This document shows positions 20,559 through 30,100 of a stretch of DNA of 64,000 nt, in pieces. The stretch spans positions 896,001 through 960,000 of the forward strand of contig OZ242260.1 of assembly GCA_965207065.1 (NCBI GenBank), in the 5' to 3' direction. Each line of letters opens with the position of its first letter. Within the stretch, counting starts at the first letter, position 1. The notes under the pieces were generated by a model. It was not told the DNA's origin. It worked only from the letters and a program-made list of their open reading frames with translations, and made no database searches. The translations under genes and the position numbers were made by a program. This DNA is from a bacterium. GTDB lineage: Bacteria > UBA8248.

Positions 20559-21326
20559 TCACCAAGCAGGCGGTTTCGAGATCGTCGTACCTAGAAGGTG
20601 TTCGGGAAACTGCGCGGCTTTCAGCATTGCCGGACGAATATGCCTCACGCGATTCGCGACATCCCGCAACTTCGGAGCGATTGACCAGCGCCCCGGGCAT
20701 ACGATGAACACGGGCTTTTTTCGCTCCACGGACACCATGCGAATGGGTGTCACCAAATCGGTATCATTCGAAATCACAACGGCCACGTCGAACAATCCCT
20801 TCCAGGCATCGTTCAATAGATGAGCTGCGAGATTCACATCCGAGCCTTTCTCTTCCATCGTATGGACTTCGGCGACAACCGCATCGGGCAGTGGCCTAGC
20901 GGCCTTTCGCCGTTTTCTTTTGCCCGAGTCATCAATCGAATACCCACTCACCGGCAAAGTCTTTCCTAGATCTGCCACCGGGTGATTGCCCGCCGGCAGC
21001 GTTACCGGTCTCGGCGTATCGATTCTTTTATCGGCAACGGGCAGATTTGTGAGCGGGCGCCAGTTGATCTTGGCGAGAAATCTCCCGAGATGCACCTTTA
21101 CTTCGGGCAAAGTGTTAAGCGCGCTCAGATATACCTGCTGACGGGCAGGCGCTCCCGGATTCAATGCACCGGATACCCGGGCGGTGAAATAGTTGAGCCT
21201 ATCTATGGTATGACCCGCCGGAAGCAGGCGGTAGGAGAGTTTGACCAAGTTGAGCCACTTGAAGGGCGTACCCTTGAGCGCTCCGTAATACAGGTTGAAA
21301 CCATCGACGTAGACTCTGGTTCGCAT
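20559..21326 (-). CDS. NYN/PIN-fold (LabA/DUF88-like) nuclease
   Basis: MRTRVYVDGFNLYYG, YFTARV, EEKGSDVNLA and SNDTDL acidic catalytic motifs. Confidence 0.88.
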   Translation of the reverse strand: MRTRVYVDGFNLYYGALKGTPFKWLNLVKLSYRLLPAGHTIDRLNYFTARVSGALNPGAPARQQVYLSALNTLPEVKVHLGRFLAKINWRPLTNLPVADKRIDTPRPVTLPAGNHPVADLGKTLPVSGYSIDDSGKRKRRKAARPLPDAVVAEVHTMEEKGSDVNLAAHLLNDAWKGLFDVAVVISNDTDLVTPIRMVSVERKKPVFIVCPGRWSIAPKLRDVANRVRHIRPAMLKAAQFPEHLLGTTISKPPAW

Positions 21327-21334
21327 GATTCCCA

Positions 21335-21402
21335 CAAAAAGAGCAAAGGCCGCTCCGAAGAGTGGCCCTTGAGCCGACAGCACGCTGTCGGCGGGTATAT
21401 TT
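21335..21402 (-). ncRNA. Candidate structured leader RNA: two hairpins plus terminator-like U-tract upstream of the NYN gene
   Basis: Minus-strand RNA GCCGACAGCguGCUGUCGGC, then GGCCACUC-UUCG-GAGCGGCC, then UUUGCUCUUUUU. Confidence 0.5.
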
Positions 21403-21408
21403 CCCTCA

Positions 21409-21437
21409 ATGCTACCACCGGACCGACACTCTTGCAA
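21409..21437 (-). promoter_or_regulatory. Putative sigma70 promoter for the leader RNA/NYN gene
   Basis: TTGCAA-N17-TAGCAT on the minus strand. Confidence 0.5.
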
Positions 21438-21658
21438 GCGACAAAATTCTGAAACCAGTTCTCCCTTCACATCGCAAGAAGGCAACAACTAGCAGCGCCT
21501 TACCGGTGAGAAACTATAGCCTCTCCTCCAAACTCCCGCACTCCTTTTTCAGGAGTTTGGTGTCGATGGGGGTCGGGAAAGAGAGGAAGATAATGACTTT
21601 GCACGGAGGTGAGAATCAAATACTTTGTTCAGTAAGTTCATCTAATCAGCAATCCGCC

Positions 21659-21687
21659 AGGTTCATCCCCGCGTGGGCGGGGAACAC
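21659..21687 (-). CRISPR. Solitary type I-E CRISPR repeat
   Basis: AGGTTCATCCCCGCGTGGGCGGGGAACAC matches the array repeat at 28/29 positions. No second repeat 61 bp away on either side. Confidence 0.92.
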
Positions 21688-21790
21688 TCTTTCAGGCGCC
21701 GTCCCCGCTCTCGGAGGTCTCGTCGAAAGCCGCCGAGACGTTGAGGCCGAGTACGACGCAACGGTCCTGGAGGATCGTATCCGCTCAGCG

Positions 21791-22645
21791 CTACGACCGG
21801 GTCCGCAACGCACGGAATGAAGACGCAGCGTCGTGCGACAGGTTCATCGCCAACAACTCTGACATCGCGTCGTCCTCGGAAATCTCCGCGCTCCAACCGT
21901 AAGCACCCGCCACAGCGTCGGCGAGCCATTGCGGACGGGCGTTGTAGAGATTGGTCAACATGCGGCCCCTGAGTTCCTTTGCCGCCGCCTCGTCCCGAAC
22001 GACCGGGCGCTTCGGATAGCCCGGCACCGGTTCCTCCGTCCACTCCACCCATTCGGGCGGGTTGAGCCAGCGGTCGCGGAGGTCGATCAGGTGCCGGGCC
22101 GCGTCCGCGATGGCGACCGCGCGCGGGTCATCCGCATAGTCGGGCGCGAGAACGCCGGGCGAGAGACCGTCCGGGAAGGGGAAGGTTTCGAAGGTGGTGG
22201 TCGGCGTGTAGCGGGGATCGTTGCCTTTGCCGAGCCATGTGCCGAGCCGCAGCGACCACGCCTCGTGGAACGAGCTATGCAGGATGCCGAAGGTCACATC
22301 GTCGTTGCGCGCGATGACGATGTGCTGGTGGTCGGGGCAGACCCCTGCATCGAGCCAGACGAACAGCCGGTGCTTGGAAACCGTTGGCGTCGCGATGAAA
22401 CGTCGCAAACCGTCGAGCGCTCGCCACATTTCCGGTCTCGGGCGTTCATGTCTCTAACAGAACTTTCTGACTGCCGAAGCCCGGTTCCGCTGTCGGCCCG
22501 GCCAGACGCATTCCTTGACGTGCCCGAAGGGTGCTTCATAGAGCGCGGCTTCAGCCTCCGACATGTCCCATCCGAAATCGACGATCCACTTGTCCGCCGG
22601 ACGGCGGGTCATGTCCATGCCGTTGACACAGGGCCTTCTAACGTA
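21791..22645 (-). pseudogene. C-terminal fragment of an MmeI/YeeA-like DNA methyltransferase-restriction protein
   Basis: NGMDMTRRPADKWIVDF...C*RHERPRPEMWRAL...TPTVSKHRLFVW...RYTPTTTFETFPFP...LTNLYNARPQWL. Internal stop; N-terminus missing. Confidence 0.8.
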
Positions 22646-22679
22646 GCTCTGCTCCACTCCGCGACCCTGCTCGTACATC

Positions 22680-24536
22680 CTAGCGCTGAACGCCGCTCCC
22701 ATACACCAGCGAGATCCCCTTCCGCGCCAATTCCGCCCCCTTCACATAGCTCTGCTTCACCCCACGACCGGTCTGGTACATCAACGCCAAGTTACTATGG
22801 GCGTTCGAGTCTCCTTGGTCCGCCGCCTTCTGGTAATACTCCACCGCCTTCATGTCGCTCTGTTCCACCCCATGACCCATCTGGTACATCCAACCCAGGT
22901 TGCGCTGGGCGTCCGCATTCCCCTGCCCGGTCGCCTTCCGGTACCATTCCACCGCCTTCACATAGCTCTGCTTCACCCCACGTCCGTCTCTGTACATCGT
23001 CCCCAAGTTGTTCTGAGCGTCCGCATTCCCTTGCTGGGCCGCCTTCCGGTACCACTCCGCCGCCATCACATCGCTCTGCTTCACCCCATGTTCGTACATC
23101 GTCCACAAGTCTCGTTCCGCCGCCTTCTTCACATGTCCGTGGTCCTCCCTCCGCCAGTCGCCGTCCGCCGCCCTCCGGTAATACTCCACCGCCTTCATGT
23201 CGCTCTGTTCCACCCCATGACCCATCTCGTACATCCAACCCAGGTTGCGCTGGGCGTTCTCATACCCCTGCCCGGTCGCCTTCCGGTACCATTCCACCGC
23301 CTTCACATAGCTCTGCTTCACCCCACGACCGTCTCTGTACATGGTCCCCAAGTTGTTCTGGGCGTCCGTATTCCCCTGCTGGGCCGCCTTCCGGTACCAC
23401 TCCACCGCCTTCACATAGCTCTGCTTCACCCCACGACCGTCTCTGTACATGGTCCCCAAGTTGTTCTGGGCGTCCGTATTCCCCTGCTGGGCCGCCTTCC
23501 GGTACCACTCCACCGCCTTCACATAGCTCTGCTCCACCCCACGACCGTTCGCGTACATCACACCCAAGTAGTTCTGGGCGGTCGTATTCCCCCGCTCCGC
23601 CGCCCACCGGTGCCGCTCCGCCGCCTTCCGGAACCGCTCCACCGCCTTCACATCGCTCTGCTTCACCCCATGTCCGTCTCTGTACATCGTCCCCAAGTTG
23701 TTCTGGGCGTCCGCATTCCCCTGCTCGGCCGCCTTCCGGAACCACTCCACCGCCTTCACGTCGCTCTGCTCCACCCCACGTCCGTCTCTGTACATGGTCC
23801 CCAAGTTGTTCTGGGCGTCCGTATTCCCCTGCTGGGCCGCCTTCCGGTACCATTCCACCGCCTTCACGTCGCTCTGCTCCACCCCACGACCGTTCGCGTG
23901 CTTCATAGCAAAGTTCAACTGGGCGGTCTTATCCCCCTGCTGGGCCGCCTTCCGGTACCATTCCACCGCCTTCACGTCGCTCTGCTCCACCCCACGACCG
24001 TTCGCGTACATCACACCCAGGTTGTTCTGGGCGAGCGCATGTCCTGCATTCGCGGCCTTCAGATACATGCCTGCAGCTTGTCTGCTATCCCGTGAAATTG
24101 CCAATCCATCTTCTAGCGCGGACGCGAGCAGGAATAACGCTTCCGCATTGCCGCCACGAGCGAGGTCTTGGACGGTACCTAGGACACGTCGCGCAAGCGT
24201 TTCCGCCAGGTTTCTGTCCTGGGGAAACTCAAGCCGACCCCCAACAATCTTTGCATAATTTTCCAACGGGTTTCCGCCCTCGTCCTCAACCCGACCCCTA
24301 AAAAGACTTCGCGCCACCCACATCACACCGAGGGGATGTCCCGCATCCGCCGCCATCTTGAATAGCGCCCCGGCTCGTACAAAATCATATCGATCACTCC
24401 GCGAGTACAAGGACACCGCCTCCGACACCATCTTCTCCGCCTCACGGAGAGCATCGCCATACGCCAGTTGGGGAACCACCACTCCTGTCAACAACACGAG
24501 CCAAGCGAAAAGCCTCAACTTCCGTGTGATTTTCAT
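22680..24536 (-). CDS. Secreted Sel1-like (SLR/TPR) repeat protein
   Basis: Signal-peptide-like N-terminus; about a dozen 36-aa AQNNLGxMYxxGRGVxQSxVKAVEWYRKAA repeats that are near-identical at DNA level (108-bp unit). Confidence 0.92.
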   Translation of the reverse strand: MKITRKLRLFAWLVLLTGVVVPQLAYGDALREAEKMVSEAVSLYSRSDRYDFVRAGALFKMAADAGHPLGVMWVARSLFRGRVEDEGGNPLENYAKIVGGRLEFPQDRNLAETLARRVLGTVQDLARGGNAEALFLLASALEDGLAISRDSRQAAGMYLKAANAGHALAQNNLGVMYANGRGVEQSDVKAVEWYRKAAQQGDKTAQLNFAMKHANGRGVEQSDVKAVEWYRKAAQQGNTDAQNNLGTMYRDGRGVEQSDVKAVEWFRKAAEQGNADAQNNLGTMYRDGHGVKQSDVKAVERFRKAAERHRWAAERGNTTAQNYLGVMYANGRGVEQSYVKAVEWYRKAAQQGNTDAQNNLGTMYRDGRGVKQSYVKAVEWYRKAAQQGNTDAQNNLGTMYRDGRGVKQSYVKAVEWYRKATGQGYENAQRNLGWMYEMGHGVEQSDMKAVEYYRRAADGDWRREDHGHVKKAAERDLWTMYEHGVKQSDVMAAEWYRKAAQQGNADAQNNLGTMYRDGRGVKQSYVKAVEWYRKATGQGNADAQRNLGWMYQMGHGVEQSDMKAVEYYQKAADQGDSNAHSNLALMYQTGRGVKQSYVKGAELARKGISLVYGSGVQR

Positions 24537-24624
24537 CTCTCTTGTCCTCCGTCGTCCGATCTTGACTCGAAACTCTACACTTCTTCCGTTGCCAATTCAA
24601 CTTTCCCGCGCCTGAAGGACGCCC

Positions 24625-24874
24625 TCAGCTTGTCGGCTGATCGCCGTTCGACAGGTGCTTGTCTCGCAAACGGAGATACGCCCGGCGGAGTCCCCTCTTG
24701 AATACGCGGTCTCCAACGAGCCGCCCCAGTTCCCGGTAGCTTTCCCACTGTGCCTCGTCGAAAAACTGATCCGCGGTGGTTTGTTGGGGAAAATCAGAAT
24801 TCGCCGCGTGGTAGTTGAGAATGTCGACGGGTTCGTCGCACAAGATTGTCGGTTTGACGTACACCAGGAGCGTG
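24625..24874 (-). pseudogene. C-terminal fragment resembling large patatin-like phospholipases, cut by IS21
   Basis: LLVYVKPTILCDEPVDILNY...FPQQTTADQFFDEAQWESYRELG. Confidence 0.55.
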
Positions 24875-25702
24875 TGTTGCGGGCAACTGTAAATCTCCCA
24901 TTAATGGCAACCGAAAACTGCACACATTGATTGCCGGTGTAAGTGCCCGGGTCCACGCTGTTGGCAAGACCAACAGGAACGGAGCGGAGCGCAGATGCAC
25001 GGATGGGAGACGAGGATGTTGCTCAGGCACTACCTAGAGCAAGGTGTAACGAAGACGGAGCTGTCGCGGCGGTTCGGGGTGAGCCGCCGGACGATCCACG
25101 AGTGGATCGAAACGGGGCAGTTGGACCGGGACCTTGAGGGAGGCGGGACGCGGTACAGCCCGCGGCCAGCGGTTGAGCACAAGCTGGACGGGTACAAGGG
25201 GGATCATCGATACGCGACTGGAGGAGTTCCCCCGGTTGTCGGCGAAGCGGCTGTACGACGAGGTCCGGGCGGCAGGCTACACGGGCGGGTACGTCCGTGT
25301 GAGGGACTACGTTCGGGCGGTGCGGCCGCGGGAGCCTGAGGAGGCGGTGGTGCGGTTCGAGACGCCAGCGGGGCGGCAGGGGCAGGTGGACTTTGCGACG
25401 TTCACGCTTCCCTGGGGGCGGCGGCACGCGCTGGTGGCGGTTCTGAGCCACTCGCGACTGTTGTGGCTGCGGTTCTACCGCCGGCAGACGATGGCGGTGC
25501 TGATCGAAGGCCTGGAGAGCGCCTTCGGGTGGTTCGGCGGGGTACCGCGGGAGCTCTTGTTCGATCAGATGCGCTCGGTGGTGCTGTCGGACGGCCGCGT
25601 GGGCGGGGGCCAACTGGTACTGAACGCGGACTTCCTGCGGTTCGCCGCGCACTGGGGGTTCCGGACTCGGGCATGCCGGCCCTACCGAGCACAGACCAAG
25701 GG
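24875..25702 (+). mobile_element. istA: Truncated IS21-family element (left end plus frameshifted partial istA)
   Basis: End TGTTGCGGGCAACTGTAAAT with a repeated GGCAAC motif. HTH N-terminus, RFETPAGRQGQVDF, LFDQMR and CRPYRAQTKG; frameshift in a G-run near 25198; no istB. Confidence 0.88.
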
Positions 25703-27154
25703 CTAGGCTTCATACTGCACCTCATCGGGACGTTGCGTGACAAGCACGCGCGAAGGAAGTCGTTTCGTAAACTTCCGGCCCTGTTGCTTGACGGGCGGCT
25801 GGTCGCCGGGTGGCTCGTAGAGCCACTGGTCTCTGTCGTTGTAGCGGTGTGCTCGAAGCAGGCCATGGTGGCGCCATTGCTTGACGGTGTGGGTCGAGAC
25901 GTCGAGCATGGCAGCAGCTTCGCATACGGTCAACAGGCCGCGGGCGCGCAGGCGCTCGTAGCGGGAGGACAAGCGGTACTCCTTGCGTATGGCCTGTACG
26001 CGCTGCGGCCGGAAGACGACGCCGTGGCCGGTGCGCAGTCCGCTCTCGTTCAGCAAGGCGGCGACCTCCGCGTCGGTGTGGCTGTCGAGCAGGTTGTCGA
26101 TCTGGGCGACGACGCACTCGGGGGTCCGGTACCGTTGCCCTGCGGGAAGTTCGGGAGCCAACCGCAGCGTCCGCGTGGCCCCGCCGCGCAGGCGCACGCC
26201 AAGAGCGATCTCGGCGCCTCGCATGATGGTGACGTCGTCGATCAGCAGCCTGGCCATGCGCTTGCGCTCGCGGTCTGGCGTCGCCGGATCGTTCCACAGA
26301 CGCGGGAAGTCGGTGGCCAGGGACAGGACGCGTTGACGCCGGGCGTCGTCGAGCCGTCCCGGGTCCTCGACACGGCGCTGCTCGAGTTCGCGGCGAGCGT
26401 CGTCCAGAGCGCGCAACCTGGCGTTCCACTCGGCCTCCAGGACATCGGCTACGAGCCGCTTGTCGGGATGAGCCTGCATGAAGCGCTGCCGCGCCAGTTC
26501 CGCCTCCTCACGGGCCCTCTCGACGGTCTGGGCGCGCCAGGCATCGACCTCGTCGACGCGCGCGGCCAGTTCGTCCTGGACCTTGAGCGCCACGGTCAGT
26601 GTGACGGGCGTCATCAGTTCCACCAGTAATGCGCCCACGGCGCGGTCGATGCCGGCGCCGGGTATGGACTGGCACTTGGCGTCCGCGCTCTGGATGCCGT
26701 CGCGCTGGCAGACGTAGTCTGGAACCTGCCGACCCTGGCGGGTGTGATAGCGGACCGTCATGCCCTGCCCGCACACGCTGCACAGGGCAAGACCCTGTAG
26801 CAGCGCCGGCCCCTCGCGGGCTGGACCGCGGCGCCGGTCCGCGCCGTGGGCCAGCGCGTTGTCGCGTAGATGCCGTTGATTGGCCTCGAAGTGATCCCAT
26901 GCGATGTAGCCGGGATGGGCGTCCCGCAAAAGGACCGTCCACTCGCCGATGGGCACGCGCCGCCACTCGACGACGACGCCCGCGCGACGCCGCTGTCGGC
27001 TGCGCCCGAACGCGTAGGCGCCGGCATAGCGCGGATTGTGCAGCACCTGCAGGACGCGCGAGTGATCCAGCGGCTGCCAGTGCAGTTCGCCCTTGCGCGC
27101 CCCGGCGCGGATGCGGCGAGGGAAGAGCAGGCCCGCGTCGCGGAAGTGCCGCAC
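25703..27154 (-). pseudogene. Large serine recombinase, C-terminal part (recombinase, zinc ribbon, HTH); catalytic N-terminus missing
   Basis: LHNPRYAGAY, LLQGLALCSVCG, YVC, C-terminal EVQYEA. Coding sequence begins immediately at the terminal CRISPR repeat. Confidence 0.85.
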
Positions 27155-30100
27155 CGGTTCATCCCCGCGTGGGCGGGGAACACGTCTCCATTGAGACCAT
27201 GCGGGTCGGATGCCCCGGTTCATCCCCGCGTGGGCGGGGAACACTGTTTCTGCTTTTCATCTGGTTGATGGCATCCCGGTTCATCCCCGCGTGGGCGGGG
27301 AACACTAGAGGGAAGGGTATAGGTCTACCTAATATACCGGTTCATCCCCGCGTGGGCGGGGAACACGGCACGCGACATGACGAAGATGCAATAGCCCACG
27401 GTTCATCCCCGCGTGGGCGGGGAACACAGGTCGTATTCACCCTCACTCCAGCCTGAGAACGGTTCATCCCCGCGTGGGCGGGGAACACGTGTAGAAGCTC
27501 GTGCATTTTGGAGTCGATTTCGGTTCATCCCCGCGTGGGCGGGGAACACAAGACCGGGCCGCTCCCTATGGGAAAGGCGTCCGGTTCATCCCCGCGTGGG
27601 CGGGGAACACTTTCGACTCTCGTGAGTACGTCCTCGAGCAGCCGGTTCATCCCCGCGTGGGCGGGGAACACGGCTGATTATCCAACGACATATTCACCAC
27701 ATCCGGTTCATCCCCGCGTGGGCGGGGAACACTTCCTCCCCGTCTCGCACGGGGGCATTCCATCCGGTTCATCCCCGCGTGGGCGGGGAACACTTCCTCG
27801 CGTGTGATTGGCATGAGGATTTCTCCGGTTCATCCCCGCGTGGGCGGGGAACACATGCTCTCACGCCACCTAGTGATGTCTTCATCCGGTTCATCCCCGC
27901 GTGGGCGGGGAACACCCACACTCTGTATAAAAATCAGAATCAGGACTCGGTTCATCCCCGCGTGGGCGGGGAACACTGGCCCCGGAACTGGCAAGCCGGT
28001 TCCAGCGCCGGTTCATCCCCGCGTGGGCGGGGAACACCGGCCCGAACTCGGGCCGACCCTACCCGTACCCGGTTCATCCCCGCGTGGGCGGGGAACACTG
28101 GGCGCAGCAGTCAGCCTACGGAATCTACCCCGGTTCATCCCCGCGTGGGCGGGGAACACTCGTCGGAAGACGCCAGCGCGTGGGTGTAATCCGGTTCATC
28201 CCCGCGTGGGCGGGGAACACAAGTTGTATTCCGTGATGATGTGATTGAGGTTCGGTTCATCCCCGCGTGGGCGGGGAACACCTCTCTTGCTCCGAAGAAA
28301 TCGCCGATTATGCCGGTTCATCCCCGCGTGGGCGGGGAACACCATTACGATTCAGTGGATAGGTATCGTCAACTCGGTTCATCCCCGCGTGGGCGGGGAA
28401 CACGTCCAGGCCGGGTATGGAGCCTGGGCTCCAGTCGGTTCATCCCCGCGTGGGCGGGGAACACTCGTCGGAAGACGCCAGCGCGTGGGTGTAATCCGGT
28501 TCATCCCCGCGTGGGCGGGGAACACACGCCCAAGGCTGCCGCGCCGAAGATGTACACCGGTTCATCCCCGCGTGGGCGGGGAACACTACATGGCCCGCAA
28601 GCGCGATGAATGGGCTGCCGGTTCATCCCCGCGTGGGCGGGGAACACACGTACGCCGTAAGAGCCGGTACGTTTCAGGGCGGTTCATCCCCGCGTGGGCG
28701 GGGAACACGCCGGTTCGCTGTTCACGATTGCCGGTTGAACCGGTTCATCCCCGCGTGGGCGGGGAACACGCGATCACGAAGGATTTACTTATGAGCATTA
28801 CCGGTTCATCCCCGCGTGGGCGGGGAACACTAATCAAACGCTCTTCCACTACATTCATATTCCGGTTCATCCCCGCGTGGGCGGGGAACACTTCTTGTCC
28901 AACAAGCTGGCCTCGTTCATCGTCGGTTCATCCCCGCGTGGGCGGGGAACACTGCTGAACAGATGGAGAGCATTAAGACAGGAACGGTTCATCCCCGCGT
29001 GGGCGGGGAACACAAATCTGCGGCAATCACGTAAAAGACGTTTTTCGGTTCATCCCCGCGTGGGCGGGGAACACTGGCAGGCACCAGAGCATGGAGTATT
29101 TGCATACGGTTCATCCCCGCGTGGGCGGGGAACACGGAGATATCGGCAAAGGTGTAATCGGCGATTTCGGTTCATCCCCGCGTGGGCGGGGAACACATCT
29201 ATCCATTCGTAGGAGAGGTAGCTCACGACGGTTCATCCCCGCGTGGGCGGGGAACACGCGTAGATTGTACCATTTCATGTGTCATTCTCCGGTTCATCCC
29301 CGCGTGGGCGGGGAACACCAGCGTCAGCGTTTTTTCGCCTCTCTGGCTGCCGGTTCATCCCCGCGTGGGCGGGGAACACGCGAGTCCGCTGTGTGATGCT
29401 CGCTATGACGGCGGTTCATCCCCGCGTGGGCGGGGAACACGTCTCCCCTATGCGCAAGCGCATCAGAGATGACGGTTCATCCCCGCGTGGGCGGGGAACA
29501 CAGCTCAAGTGCTTCTTCCAACATGGCCCGCCTCGGTTCATCCCCGCGTGGGCGGGGAACACATTCGCAAGGAACCTACCCCTTACCCCTCCCCCGGTTC
29601 ATCCCCGCGTGGGCGGGGAACACTATAAAAATCAAAACATCAACTCTGAAGGAACCGGTTCATCCCCGCGTGGGCGGGGAACACTAGTGTAGAATACGTT
29701 CCTACTTGCCATATTCCGGTTCATCCCCGCGTGGGCGGGGAACACAACAACACTACTGCAAGAACTTTCCCACCAATCGGTTCATCCCCGCGTGGGCGGG
29801 GAACACGCGTATATTGCCTCCCCAAATGGGTGCGGAACCGGTTCATCCCCGCGTGGGCGGGGAACACATATGGGGCCTCTTTGTATTCTTTTGGAACGTC
29901 GGTTCATCCCCGCGTGGGCGGGGAACACAGCACAGCAGGAGGTCGAATATAGTGCGTTACCGGTTCATCCCCGCGTGGGCGGGGAACACTCCCATTGCAT
30001 TTGTGCATTTTATTATTATGTCGGTTCATCCCCGCGTGGGCGGGGAACACTTGGCAAGCCCAGGTCGCGGAAGTATGTGTCCCGGTTCATCCCCGCGTGG

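Noticed and set aside
21929-24095. Long Pro/Ser/His-rich repeat ORFs on the plus strand
   Set aside because: Antisense shadows of the Sel1-repeat gene.
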